A stretch of DNA of 64,000 nucleotides. Source: Gammaproteobacteria bacterium (GTDB lineage: Bacteria; Pseudomonadota; Gammaproteobacteria; Xanthomonadales; Rhodanobacteraceae). The notes beneath the pieces were generated by a model that worked only from the letters and a program-made list of their open reading frames with translations, ran no database searches and was not told the origin of the DNA. Below, piece by piece: positions 17,758-27,032 of the stretch; position 1 is the stretch's first letter; each line of letters starts with the position of its first letter. Where the stretch lies: contig JAJPHQ010000091.1 in NCBI GenBank assembly GCA_021325195.1, positions 15,223-79,222 of the forward strand, in the 5' to 3' direction. A program made the translations under genes and the position numbers.

Positions 17758-17988
17758 CGGCGCACGGCGACGGGGCAGGCGGCGGCATTCGCCTCGCCGT
17801 AACAACCGCCGGGCTAGACTCGGGCCTTTCGGTGACGGAGGTCCTGGCTTGAACACCGCCGCACGGCCGGGCCATTCGGTGGACGCACGGCCCATGCCGG
17901 ATGGCTGCCTGCTGGTGTCCGGCGGTCACCACGGCGCGATCTGCAAGCCTGCCTGCGAGGAAAAGTGACCACAGGAGGACATGACCCC

Positions 17989-18618
17989 ATGCATTTGCGC
18001 AGCGACAGCTTTGCCCACGGCGCCCGCATTCCGGAGGAATTCGCGTTCGGCCGGCGCGGCGATCACGGCGAGCCTTGCGTCCTGTCGAACAACCGCAATC
18101 CGCATCTGGCGTGGCGCGATGCACCCCGAGGCACCAGGTCGTTCGTGCTCACCTGCATCGACGGCGACGTGCCCGGCAAGGGCGACGACGTCAACAAGCC
18201 CGGCCGAACCGTGCCGGCCGACCTGCCGCGCGTGGAGTTCGTGCACTGGCTGATGATCGACATCCCCGCCACCTGTGACGAGATCGCAGCGGGCAGTTGC
18301 AGCGACGGCGTGACCGCGCACGGCAAGCGCGCTCCGAAGGGACCGCCCGGTTCGCGCCAGGGTCGCAACGACTACACCGGCTGGTTCGCTTCCGATCCGG
18401 ACATGCGCGGCGACTACCTCGGCTACGACGGCCCCTGCCCGCCCTGGAACGACGCGCTGCTGCATCGCTACCGCTTTCGTGTCCATGCGCTGGACGTGCC
18501 GGCGCTGGCGCTGCCCGACGCGTTCGTCTGGCCGGAACTGCGGTCGGCAATGCAGGGTCACATCCTCGATCAGGCCGAAATCATCGGCACCTATTCATTG
18601 AACCCGGCCGTACGCTAG
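17989..18618 (+). CDS. YbhB/YbcL family Raf-kinase-inhibitor-like (PEBP) protein
   Basis: ORF 17965..18618; the start at MHLRSDSF is preferred. PEBP motifs: NPHLAW, FVLTCIDGDVP, HWLMIDIP, YDGPCPP…H.YRF.V.AL. Confidence 0.75.
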   Translation: MHLRSDSFAHGARIPEEFAFGRRGDHGEPCVLSNNRNPHLAWRDAPRGTRSFVLTCIDGDVPGKGDDVNKPGRTVPADLPRVEFVHWLMIDIPATCDEIAAGSCSDGVTAHGKRAPKGPPGSRQGRNDYTGWFASDPDMRGDYLGYDGPCPPWNDALLHRYRFRVHALDVPALALPDAFVWPELRSAMQGHILDQAEIIGTYSLNPAVR

Positions 18619-18644
18619 TACGGCGCCCGCAGCAGGAGGAAACC

Positions 18645-19019
18645 ATGAGCAACGATGTCAGCAACGAAGAAGGGCGCGGCAGCGCGCACGAACGCATCGA
18701 GCGCGGCGCCAGCCGCTTCAAGGAAGGCACCAGCCACGTGGTGGGCACGGCCAAGGAAAAGATCGACGCCGCTGCCGACCGTGTCGAGGAAGGCCTGCAT
18801 CGCGCCGCCGATGCCGGTGCGCGCGGTGCACACCGCGCGGCCGACAAGGCGGACGAATGGCGCGAACGCAGCCGGGAGATCGCCGGCAACGTGCGCGAGC
18901 GCGCCGACGACCTGCTGGACAACGTCCGCGACTTCGTGCGCGAGAAGCCGGTGCAGTCGGTGGCGATCGCACTGGCGGCGGGCTGGCTGATCGGCCGGCT
19001 GCTGACGCCGCGCCGTTGA
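18645..19019 (+). CDS. DUF883 (ElaB/YqjD/YgaM-like) membrane-anchored stress protein
   Basis: This is the 3' part of ORF 18297..19019, from MSNDVSNEE. It has a charged helical region and a C-terminal anchor: EKPVQSVAIALAAGWLIGRLL. Confidence 0.75.
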   Translation: MSNDVSNEEGRGSAHERIERGASRFKEGTSHVVGTAKEKIDAAADRVEEGLHRAADAGARGAHRAADKADEWRERSREIAGNVRERADDLLDNVRDFVREKPVQSVAIALAAGWLIGRLLTPRR

Positions 19020-19047
19020 ACGGCGCATCCGCCGCGACGCTTCGCCC

Positions 19048-19587
19048 GTGAGCGGGGAGCGCGAAGAGCACGCTGCCGGGACGGCGGATCGTGCGCGCGA
19101 TCCGCGTCCGGAATCACCGGACGCCGGACTGCACGAGCAATTCCGCAGCGTGCTTGCCGCGGGCGGCGGCCTGATCACGGCGCTGCGGCGCCTGGCGCAG
19201 GCGCTGCGCGCGCTGATCGCGGCCGAGGCGCGGGTGCTGCGCGCCAGCATCGCGGTGGTGTTCCTGTCCGCGGTCGCGCTGGTCGCGTTTTCGGTGTCGC
19301 TGTGGGCCTGCGTGGTGGCGTTGCTGGGCTGGGCGTTCACCGTGGCGACACATTCGGTCGGCATCGCGCTGGGCATCCTGGTGCTGCTGCACGCCGCGCT
19401 GGTGGCGGGGATCTGGTTCTTCATCAAGCGCGCGGTGCGGCACGCGAGTTTCCCCGAGGTGCGCGCGGAACTGCGCCAGGCGGGACGCGAACTGATGCGC
19501 GACGTGGACCGTTTTGCCCAGACCCGGCCCGCGGCGTCCGCGCCGATGCCCGATTCGACTGCCGCGTCGCGGGAGCATCCGTCATGA
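19048..19587 (+). CDS. Phage-holin-family / YqjE-like membrane protein
   Basis: 179-aa ORF with a GTG start and two long TM segments. It follows directly after the yqjD-like gene, as in the yqjD-yqjE-yqjK arrangement. Confidence 0.6.
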   Translation: MSGEREEHAAGTADRARDPRPESPDAGLHEQFRSVLAAGGGLITALRRLAQALRALIAAEARVLRASIAVVFLSAVALVAFSVSLWACVVALLGWAFTVATHSVGIALGILVLLHAALVAGIWFFIKRAVRHASFPEVRAELRQAGRELMRDVDRFAQTRPAASAPMPDSTAASREHPS

Positions 19588-19841
19588 TGAATTACCGCCG
19601 CGCCCTCGCGGAACGCCGGCGCGCGCTCGCGCGCTGCCGCGAAGCGCGGCATGCATTGCACGGCGCGGTGGACGACGTGATCGGCGTCTATCGGGCGCAC
19701 CCGGTGCCCACGCTGGCAGGTGCCGCGGGCGTGGGTTTCGTGCTGGCGCAGTTGCGGGTGGGCGGCGGCCTGGTGCGCGCCGGCGTCCGGATTGCCAGCG
19801 GCCCGGCCTGGCAATTGGTGCGACAATACCTGACGATCTGA
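19584..19841 (+). CDS. YqjK-like small protein
   Basis: This is the 3' part of ORF 19302..19841, from MMNYRRALAERRR. ATGA overlap with the upstream stop. Assigned by position in the trio. Confidence 0.5.
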   Translation: MMNYRRALAERRRALARCREARHALHGAVDDVIGVYRAHPVPTLAGAAGVGFVLAQLRVGGGLVRAGVRIASGPAWQLVRQYLTI

Positions 19842-19877
19842 TTGCGCGCCGCACGGGATGCGGCAAGAGGGGTCGGC

Positions 19878-21032
19878 ATGCCGCCACCGCCGCCCGTAAA
19901 TCCGGCCGTCGCCTCGGTGCCGCCGGTGCCGAAGCCCGTGCACACGACGCCGGGCAAGCGCCGACCGCGCGCGCTGGTGCGGCGGCGCGCCCGGCGGCTG
20001 CGTTCGCTGCGGGTGCCGCTGCTGGTCCTGATGCTGCTGGCGATCGCGGCCACGCTGGTGCTGGCGAGTTCGCTGCTGATCCCGCTGGTGCTGGCGGCGT
20101 TCATCGCGCTGGGCCTGAATCCGATCGTGGCCGGCCTGTCGCGGATCTATGTGCCGCGCGCGATCGGCAGTTTGCTGGTGATGCTGGCCCTGGGCGCGGT
20201 GGTGGCCGGCAGCGTCAGCGCGCTCAGCACGCCCGCCGCGGCATGGATCAAGCAGGCGCCGGCGGTGGTCCACGAACTGGGCTACAAGCTGCGCCGGATG
20301 ACGCGTCCGCTGACGGAAGTGAGCCACGCCGCGTCGCAATCGCTGGCCGGCATCGGCGTGGCGGCGCCGCCCGCCGTGCAGATCGCTCCGCCGAACGGGT
20401 TTTCGTTCGGCAGCATCCTGCAGGTGGCGCCGCGCGCGCTGGCCGAGGCGCTGACCGTGGCGCTGCTGGTGTTCTTCTTCCTCACCTATGGCCACCAGAT
20501 GCGCACCCGGCTGGTGACCGCCTCACCCGGTTTCGGTTACCGGCGCGTGGCGCTGCGGCTGGTGCGCGGCATCCAGCTGGAGGTCTCGCGGTATCTGCTC
20601 ACCGTGACCGTGATCAACGTCTGCCTGGGCCTGCTGACCGCACTGGTGCTGTGGGGGCTGAAGGTACCGGACCCGCTGCTGTGGGGCGGCGTGGCCACGC
20701 TGCTCAACTTCATGCCCTACGTGGGTGCGATCTCCAACACCCTGCTGCTGCTGGTGATAGGGCTGCTCAACTTCAATTCGCCCGCACACGCCTTGCTGCC
20801 GGCGGCGTGCTTCGCGTTCATGGCGGCGATGGAAGGCAACGTGATCACGCCGATGATCCTGGGCCGGCGGATGCGGCTGTCGCCGGTGGCGATCCTGGTG
20901 TGGCTGCTGATCTGGGGCTGGATGTGGGGCATTCCCGGCGCGCTGCTGGCGGTGCCGATGCTGACCTGCGTCAAGCTGATCACCGAATGGCTGCCGGGAT
21001 GGGAATGGTTCGCGCGGATGGTGGAGCGGTAG
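19878..21032 (+). CDS. AI-2E family transporter (PerM/YdiK-like permease)
   Basis: ORF 19842..21032 (TTG at 19842; first ATG at 19878). It has a multi-TM profile and a C-terminal conserved region …NFMPYVGA…WGWMWGIPGALLAVPML. Confidence 0.75.
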   Translation: MPPPPPVNPAVASVPPVPKPVHTTPGKRRPRALVRRRARRLRSLRVPLLVLMLLAIAATLVLASSLLIPLVLAAFIALGLNPIVAGLSRIYVPRAIGSLLVMLALGAVVAGSVSALSTPAAAWIKQAPAVVHELGYKLRRMTRPLTEVSHAASQSLAGIGVAAPPAVQIAPPNGFSFGSILQVAPRALAEALTVALLVFFFLTYGHQMRTRLVTASPGFGYRRVALRLVRGIQLEVSRYLLTVTVINVCLGLLTALVLWGLKVPDPLLWGGVATLLNFMPYVGAISNTLLLLVIGLLNFNSPAHALLPAACFAFMAAMEGNVITPMILGRRMRLSPVAILVWLLIWGWMWGIPGALLAVPMLTCVKLITEWLPGWEWFARMVER

Positions 21033-21088
21033 GCGCGCCGATGGTGCAAACTATCCCTTCCCGTTGATTGACGGACGCGGAGCGACGC

Positions 21089-22420
21089 ATGTCTTCCACC
21101 GCCGAAGCCGCGGGCATGCAGCGGCAGATCGAGCTGGCGCGCAACCATGCGGCCCAGCAACGGATCGCAGAAGCCGAGGCGGCATACCGTGCGGTGCTGA
21201 AAGCCGCGCCCGACACGCCGGAGGCACTGAACTTCGTCGGCATGTGCGCGCTGGCACGCGGCGAACTCGCGTCCGCGCAGCACGATCTGGAACGCGCCTC
21301 GCAACTGGAACCCGCGCAGCCGGAGATCTGGAAGAACCTCGGTATCGTGCATCTGGCGCGGCGCGATCCCGGCGCCGCGCTGGCCGCGATCGACCGCGCG
21401 CTGGCGCTGGAACCCTCGCATCACGCGGCCCGTCTGCATCGTGGCGCGGCGCTGGAAATGCTGGGCCGGAGCGACGACGCCACCGCGGCGTATTTCGGCG
21501 CGCTGGTTGCCGCGCAGGAGCGCGGGATGTGGCGCAACGACATGACCACGCCGCCGGGCCTGCGGCCCGCGGTGAAGCACGCGATCCGGTTCGTGGACAC
21601 GCACCGCAAGCGGATCTTCATGGAGCTGCTGGCACCGCTGCGCGACAAGTACGGCGCCGGGGCGCTGACGCGTGTCGAGCACGGCCTCGAGATCTACCTG
21701 GGCGACCGTCCGCCGGATTACCCCGATCCGCGCCAGTTCTGCAAGTTCTTCTACGTGCCGGGCCTCACCACCACGCCCTACTATCCGCGCGACCGCTTCC
21801 CGTGGCACGCGGAACTGGAACAACACACCGGCACGATCCGCGAGGAACTGCTGGGCGTGCTGAACGATCCGGTCGGCGTGCAGCCGTTCCTGGGCACCAA
21901 CGACAACGAACTGCTGAGGCAGCAGAATCTGCTCGCCGGCACGCACGGCCAGGCGCAGTGGAACTCGTTCTTCTTCCACCGCCACGGCGAGGTGTTCGAG
22001 CAGAACGCACGCCGCTGCCCGCGCACCACGGCGATCCTGGACTCCCTGCCGCTGGTGCACATCCGCGGCCACGCACCGGAGGTGCTGTTCTCGATCCTGG
22101 CGCCCGGTTCGCACATCCTGCCGCACCACGGCGTCACCAACACGCGCCTGGTCACGCACCTGCCGCTGATCGTGCCTGAGGACTGCGCGATCCGGGTGGG
22201 CGGCATCGAGCACGTGTGGCAGGAAGGCCGCTGCGTCACCTTCGACGACACCTTCCTGCACGAGGCGTGGAACAGGAGCGGCAGGGTGCGGGTGGTGATG
22301 ATCCTGGATTCCTGGCACCCCGACCTTACCGATGCCGAGCGCGAAGCGATCGCGCTGCTGGTCGGCGCGATCGGCGACTTCAATCAGGCCGCCAACGTTG
22401 CCGCGCCGCCGAAGGATTGA
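21089..22420 (+). CDS. TPR-repeat protein fused to an aspartyl/asparaginyl beta-hydroxylase (2OG-Fe(II)) domain
   Basis: ORF 21068..22420; first ATG at 21089. N-terminal TPRs. The C-terminal domain has FSILAPGSHILPHHGVTN and DDTFLHEAWN motifs typical of AspH-family oxygenases. Confidence 0.8.
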   Translation: MSSTAEAAGMQRQIELARNHAAQQRIAEAEAAYRAVLKAAPDTPEALNFVGMCALARGELASAQHDLERASQLEPAQPEIWKNLGIVHLARRDPGAALAAIDRALALEPSHHAARLHRGAALEMLGRSDDATAAYFGALVAAQERGMWRNDMTTPPGLRPAVKHAIRFVDTHRKRIFMELLAPLRDKYGAGALTRVEHGLEIYLGDRPPDYPDPRQFCKFFYVPGLTTTPYYPRDRFPWHAELEQHTGTIREELLGVLNDPVGVQPFLGTNDNELLRQQNLLAGTHGQAQWNSFFFHRHGEVFEQNARRCPRTTAILDSLPLVHIRGHAPEVLFSILAPGSHILPHHGVTNTRLVTHLPLIVPEDCAIRVGGIEHVWQEGRCVTFDDTFLHEAWNRSGRVRVVMILDSWHPDLTDAEREAIALLVGAIGDFNQAANVAAPPKD

Positions 22421-22426
22421 GGCGTT

Positions 22427-22582
22427 GAACCCCTCTCCCCTCGGGAGAGGCCGCCATCCATGGCAAAGAACTCCGTGGTGGCGCGAAGCGCCGGGTGAGG
22501 GTCCGGGGTCGCGCCGGACATCATGCGAGTTCCGAACCCTCACCCCTTGCCCCTCTCCCGGCGGGAGAGGGGGAGTCCGTGG
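22427..22582. repeat. REP-like hairpin cluster (GAACCCCTCTCCC..GGGAGAGG family)
   Basis: GAACCCCTCTCCCCTCGGGAGAGG occurs at 22427 and an inverted partner CCCTCTCCCGGCGGGAGAGGGGG at ~22550. A CCATCCATGG module lies between them. The same family is found at 28949-28999. Confidence 0.75.
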
Positions 22583-23392
22583 TCACGCAATGTTCCGCAG
22601 CCAGCCCGAATAGATCGCCGCCAGCAGCACCGCGCCCAGCGCGATCCGGTAGATCGCGAAGGCGGTGAAACGGTGCGTGCGGATGTAGCGCAGCAGCCAC
22701 TTCACCGCTGCGAACGCGACGATCAGCGACACGATGAAGCCGATGATCAGCGCACGCCAGTCCTCGTGCGCCGTGCCGCCGCTCTTCCACACCTTCAGCA
22801 ATTCGTATCCGGTCGCCGCATACATGGTCGGAATGCCGACCAGGAACGCGAACTCGGTGGCGGCCGGACGGTTGCTGGTGCCGAACAGCATCGCCGCGAA
22901 GATCGTCGCCCCCGAGCGCGAGGTGCCGGGAAAGATGCCGGCCACCATCTGCGCGATGCCGACCAGGATCGCCACCGGCCAGGTCACCCTGCTGCGGTCC
23001 GGCATGCGCGCGGCGATCTGCTCCGCCACGATCATCCAGAGGCCGCCGATGATCAGTGCCCACGCGATCGGCGTGATCGTGGTCGGCAGCACGAAGCCGT
23101 AGTGCGTCACGATCAGGCCCAGCACGCAGGTGATCAGGAACGCGACCGCCAGCTTCCAGAAATAATCGCGGTTTTCCGGATCGTTCCAGCGCGTCAGCAG
23201 TTGCCAGATGCGTTGCCGATAGACCAGCGTGATCGCCAGGATCGCGCCGGCCTGGATGCCCACGTTGAACAGGTCCGAGCGCGCGCCCAGCCAGTGTTCG
23301 GCGATCAGCAGGTGCCCGGTCGAGGAAACCGGCAGGAATTCGGTGATGCCCTCGATGATGCCGAGCAGGATGACGTTGACAAGGTCGTGCAT
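22583..23392 (-). CDS. uppP: Undecaprenyl-diphosphate phosphatase
   Basis: This is the 3' 269 codons of ORF 22583..23716, from MHDLVNVILLGIIEGITEFLPVSSTGHL. Has BacA-family motifs, including PGTSRSGATI. Confidence 0.9.
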   Translation of the reverse strand: MHDLVNVILLGIIEGITEFLPVSSTGHLLIAEHWLGARSDLFNVGIQAGAILAITLVYRQRIWQLLTRWNDPENRDYFWKLAVAFLITCVLGLIVTHYGFVLPTTITPIAWALIIGGLWMIVAEQIAARMPDRSRVTWPVAILVGIAQMVAGIFPGTSRSGATIFAAMLFGTSNRPAATEFAFLVGIPTMYAATGYELLKVWKSGGTAHEDWRALIIGFIVSLIVAFAAVKWLLRYIRTHRFTAFAIYRIALGAVLLAAIYSGWLRNIA

Positions 23393-23516
23393 GGGCGGCT
23401 TCCGGCAAAAACGCGGGGAGTGTACGCGGTTTTGCCGCGATGACCATGAATAACGCCGGCCCTGCTGCACAATCCGCACCGGACCGGTGCGGTTCGTCAC
23501 GACGCAAGGCAGGCGC

Positions 23517-24182
23517 ATGAAACCCGCGGCGGTGCTGTGGACGGGCGGCAAGGATTCCGCGCTGGCGCTGCACGCGGCCGCCGCGCATGGCTGCGAGGCG
23601 CGCTGCCTCGTCACCTTTGCGCCGCCGGAACCGGATTTTCTGGCGCACCCGCTGCCGGTGATGGCGTTGCAGGCGCGTTCGCTGGGATTGCCGCACCGCG
23701 TACTGACCGTCGCCAAACCGTTCGAAACCGGTTACGAGGCGGCGTTGCGGACACTGCGAGATGAAGCCGGCATCGAATGCGTGGTGACCGGCGACATCGC
23801 GGCCGTCGATGGCCGGCCCAACTGGATCGCCGAGCGCTGCCATGCCGTCGGCATGCAGGCGTGCCTGCCGCAGTGGGGCCGCGATCGCGAAGCGTTGCTG
23901 GGGCAATTGCTGGAAGCCGGATTCCGGGTCCGGATTTCCTGCGTCGATACCCAAAGACTCGATGCGGATTGGGTCGGCCGGGAGCTCGACGCCGAAGCCA
24001 TCGCCGGATTGCGCAGTATCCACCTCCGGAACGGTCTGGATATGTGCGGCGAGAACGGCGAATACCACACGCTGGTGGTCGATGGCCCATCGTTCGCACG
24101 GCCGGTGGCAATCCGCGACTGGACGTTGAAGATCGCGGGACCGCTGGCATACATGCACATCCGCGACGCGGTGCTCGCTTGA
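23517..24182 (+). CDS. Dph6/MJ0570-related ATP pyrophosphatase (DUF71, PP-loop) protein
   Basis: ORF 23487..24182; start at MKPAAVLWTGGKDSALAL (PP-loop-like TGGKDS). Has the C-terminal GENGEYHTLVVDGP motif typical of the family. Confidence 0.65.
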   Translation: MKPAAVLWTGGKDSALALHAAAAHGCEARCLVTFAPPEPDFLAHPLPVMALQARSLGLPHRVLTVAKPFETGYEAALRTLRDEAGIECVVTGDIAAVDGRPNWIAERCHAVGMQACLPQWGRDREALLGQLLEAGFRVRISCVDTQRLDADWVGRELDAEAIAGLRSIHLRNGLDMCGENGEYHTLVVDGPSFARPVAIRDWTLKIAGPLAYMHIRDAVLA

Positions 24183-24250
24183 CCGTCCGCGTCCGCCGGG
24201 CGAGCATCCCGTGCGTCCCGGCCGGGACATCCACTTCCGAGGGGGTTGTC

Positions 24251-24667
24251 ATGCATGCTCCGAGTGCCCTGGCATTGACCGGTTTCATCGCCTGGACCCT
24301 GTTTCTGCTGGTCGTGATGGAACTGTTGCGCTCCCGGCTCGTGCTGTCCGGCAAGGTTGCTTCCGACCGGATCGTGCCGGACAACGCCAATCTTTCGCCC
24401 TTCATGCAGCGGCTGGCGCGGGCGCACCTGAATTGCATCGAGGGGCTGGCCGTGTTCGGCGGCCTGCTGGTCGTCGCGCTGTTGACCGATCGCGCCGGGG
24501 TGACCGATCCGCTGGCGTACTGGCTGCTCGGCGCCCGGCTGGTGCAGTCGTCCGTGCACCTGGCGTCAGCCGGCGTGGTCGCCGTCAATCTTCGCTTCAC
24601 CGCCTTCGCGGTGCAGATGGGGATCGGCGTGTGGTGGGCGGTACGGCTCCTGCATCCGGCGGTCTGA
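24251..24667 (+). CDS. MAPEG-family membrane protein
   Basis: This is the 3' part of ORF 23777..24667, from MHAPSALALTGF. It has 3-4 TM segments, and …RAHLNCIEGLAVFG… is MAPEG-like. Confidence 0.55.
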   Translation: MHAPSALALTGFIAWTLFLLVVMELLRSRLVLSGKVASDRIVPDNANLSPFMQRLARAHLNCIEGLAVFGGLLVVALLTDRAGVTDPLAYWLLGARLVQSSVHLASAGVVAVNLRFTAFAVQMGIGVWWAVRLLHPAV

Positions 24668-24774
24668 GACACGCCGGTTTCGTCAGGCGTTGCGCCGCCT
24701 TCACGCCGCCATCGCCGCCGCCGTGGTGGGATGAAGACAGGTCGGGCCGCACCGACGCTGCACGGGTGTTCGCC

Positions 24775-25218
24775 ATGAAAGTCATCGCCGGCGGAGTGAT
24801 CGCGATCGTGTTGCTGGGGATTTACGCGTGGCTGATCTGCGTGGCCTGCGGCATCGCGCTGTGCAGTGGTCACGCCTGCGAGGCCGCCACGGCGTTCAAC
24901 GACATGCAGGCGCAGGCGCTGTCGGTCACCACCGGGCTGGTGTCGGCGCTGGTGGTCGCCGAGCTGGCCGTCACGAAAACCGGCGAGGCTCCGGCCGCGC
25001 ACATGCTGGCTGCGGACGCCAGCGGCCGCGCGAAGCTGTTGCTGCGCTGGGTCGCCGCGATCTATCTGCTGGTCTGGCTGGTGGCCGGACTCGCCGCGTT
25101 CATCATCGGCATGCAGCACCCGGCCGCGCTGCCCGCACTGACCAGCGTCGGACAATCGTGGTTCGGCATCGCGGTCGCGGCGGCCTATGCCTATCTCGGT
25201 TTGAAGCCGCCGTCCTGA
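24775..25218 (+). CDS. Hypothetical membrane protein (147 aa)
   Basis: This is the 3' part of ORF 24211..25218, from MKVIAGGVIAIVLLG. It has four hydrophobic segments. No family recognised. Confidence 0.45.
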   Translation: MKVIAGGVIAIVLLGIYAWLICVACGIALCSGHACEAATAFNDMQAQALSVTTGLVSALVVAELAVTKTGEAPAAHMLAADASGRAKLLLRWVAAIYLLVWLVAGLAAFIIGMQHPAALPALTSVGQSWFGIAVAAAYAYLGLKPPS

Positions 25219-25278
25219 TTGCGTGCACGACCCGTGGCGCGGCATGATCGGGTGACGTCATTCATCCGGAACGCCACG

Positions 25279-25617
25279 ATGCAGACGATCACGTGGGAGG
25301 ATTTCGGCAAGGTCGAACTGCGCGTGGGCCGCGTGATCGACGCCAGGGTGTTCGCCGAGGCACGCAAGCCGGCCTACGTGCTGCAGGTCGATTTCGGGCC
25401 GGAGATCGGCGTGCGCAAATCCAGCGCGCAGATCACCCGGCTGTACCGGCCCGAAGAGCTGATCGGCAGGCTGGTGGTCGGCGTGGTGAACTTTCCGAAG
25501 AAACAGATCGGACCCGTGATGTCGGAATGCCTGATCACCGGCTTCCACGACGAGAACGGCGAGGTCGCGCTGTGCGTGCCCGACAAACCGGTGCCGCTGG
25601 GCGCGAAGCTGTGCTGA
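25279..25617 (+). CDS. csaA: tRNA-binding (EMAP/CsaA-like) protein
   Basis: ORF 25219..25617; start at MQTITWEDFGKVELRVGRV. …KPAYVLQVDFG…SSAQIT…VGVVNFPKKQIG is typical of CsaA. Confidence 0.75.
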   Translation: MQTITWEDFGKVELRVGRVIDARVFAEARKPAYVLQVDFGPEIGVRKSSAQITRLYRPEELIGRLVVGVVNFPKKQIGPVMSECLITGFHDENGEVALCVPDKPVPLGAKLC

Positions 25618-25659
25618 GCAACTCCTGTCGAAGGCCGCGTGCGGGCGGCCTTGGATCGG

Positions 25660-26784
25660 TCAGGGCGAAAAGATCAGCACGAGGTAGGACAGGAACAGCA
25701 GCAGGTGCACCAACCCTTGCAGCGTGTTGGTGCGTCCGCTGCCCAGCGTCAGGATCGACACGCCGAAAGTGAGCGCCAGCAGCATGGTGTTGGCCGGGCT
25801 CAGGCCCAGCACCACGGGACGCCCCAGCGTCAGGTCGATCAGCAGCACCGCCGGCACGGTCAACGCGATGGTCGAGAGCGCGGTGCCGAGGCCGATGTTC
25901 ATCGCCCGCTGCATCTGGTTGAAACGCGCGGCGCGGATCGCGGCGATGCCTTCCGGCGCCAGCACCAGCACCGCCACCGCGAAACCGGCCGCCGCCACGG
26001 GCAGCCCCAGTTCCGCCACGCCGATTTCCAGCGGCAGCGCGAACAGCTTGGCCAGCAGCACCACCAGCACCAGATACACGATCAGCAACACGGCGTGCCA
26101 CGGCCAGCCATGCGGCGACGCCGGATGGACATCGGCGTGCTCCATCGCCTCGCCTTCCTCGACGAAGAAGCTGGTGTGGGTGCGCGTCTGGATCACCAGG
26201 AACGCCGCGTACAGCAGCAGCGACATCACCAGCAGGAAGATCTTCTGCACCGGCGAGAGCGTGCCCGCGCCGGTGGTCACGGTGTAGTTGGGCCAGATCA
26301 GCGCCAGCGTCGCCAGCGGGATCAGCAGACTGAGAAACGCTTTCGCGCCGCGCAGGTTGTAGGTCTGCTCGTGGTGGCGCAGGCCGCCGGCCAGCAGCGC
26401 GATGCCGATGATGCCGTTCAGCACGATCATCACCACCGAGAACATGGTGTCGCGCCCGAACGCCGGGTTGTCGGCGTTGTGCAGCATCACCGTCACCACC
26501 GTCGCGATTTCCAGCGAGATCGCCGACAGCGTCAGCATCAGGGTCCCGTACGGTTCGCCGAAACGCGTTGCGAGGTGCTCGGCGTGGCGGGTGGCCGCGA
26601 TCGCGGCCAGCAGCGCCCCGATGAAGAACGCGACGAACGCGATCGCGACCGCGGCACCGGAGGCGCCGTTCGACGACAGCGCGGGCTTGAACAGCCAGCC
26701 GACGATCAGGATGGCCAGCGCGACCGGCAACGGCCATTCGCTGCCGAGGGACCGCCAGTCCTTCGTCGCCGCGTCATCGCCCAC
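25660..26784 (-). CDS. Ca2+/H+ antiporter (CaCA family, ChaA-like)
   Basis: 374-aa ORF with a GTG start and a multi-TM profile. It has two alpha-repeat-like regions (GTLMLTLSAISLEIATV and LAPEGIAAIRAA). Confidence 0.7.
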   Translation of the reverse strand: MGDDAATKDWRSLGSEWPLPVALAILIVGWLFKPALSSNGASGAAVAIAFVAFFIGALLAAIAATRHAEHLATRFGEPYGTLMLTLSAISLEIATVVTVMLHNADNPAFGRDTMFSVVMIVLNGIIGIALLAGGLRHHEQTYNLRGAKAFLSLLIPLATLALIWPNYTVTTGAGTLSPVQKIFLLVMSLLLYAAFLVIQTRTHTSFFVEEGEAMEHADVHPASPHGWPWHAVLLIVYLVLVVLLAKLFALPLEIGVAELGLPVAAAGFAVAVLVLAPEGIAAIRAARFNQMQRAMNIGLGTALSTIALTVPAVLLIDLTLGRPVVLGLSPANTMLLALTFGVSILTLGSGRTNTLQGLVHLLLFLSYLVLIFSP

Positions 26785-26820
26785 GCGCCACCCCTTCGCC
26801 GTCAGCCGCCAGTGCGGCGT

Positions 26821-26981
26821 CCCGGAAGAATCACGTCGTCATTCCGGGGCCTGCGCCGGCATGCCGGTGCAGCAACCCGGAATCTGCTGCAGTTTTTGCA
26901 GCAGCGGGAGCAGATTCCGGATCTCACCCGCTTCGCGCATTCGTCCGGAATGACGAAGCCATTTCCGGGACACCACACTAG
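26821..26981 (+). repeat. MITE-like ~160-bp repeat, copy A (terminal inverted CGTCATTCCGG…CCGGAATGACG)
   Basis: Aligns by eye along its whole length with 34184..34347 (same orientation). Internal inverted termini are at 26837-26847 and 26945-26955. Non-coding. Confidence 0.75.
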
Positions 26982-27032
26982 TATGCCTCATGCGCAGGCC
27001 GGGCCGCTTCGCGAACGCAACCGCGAGACGAC

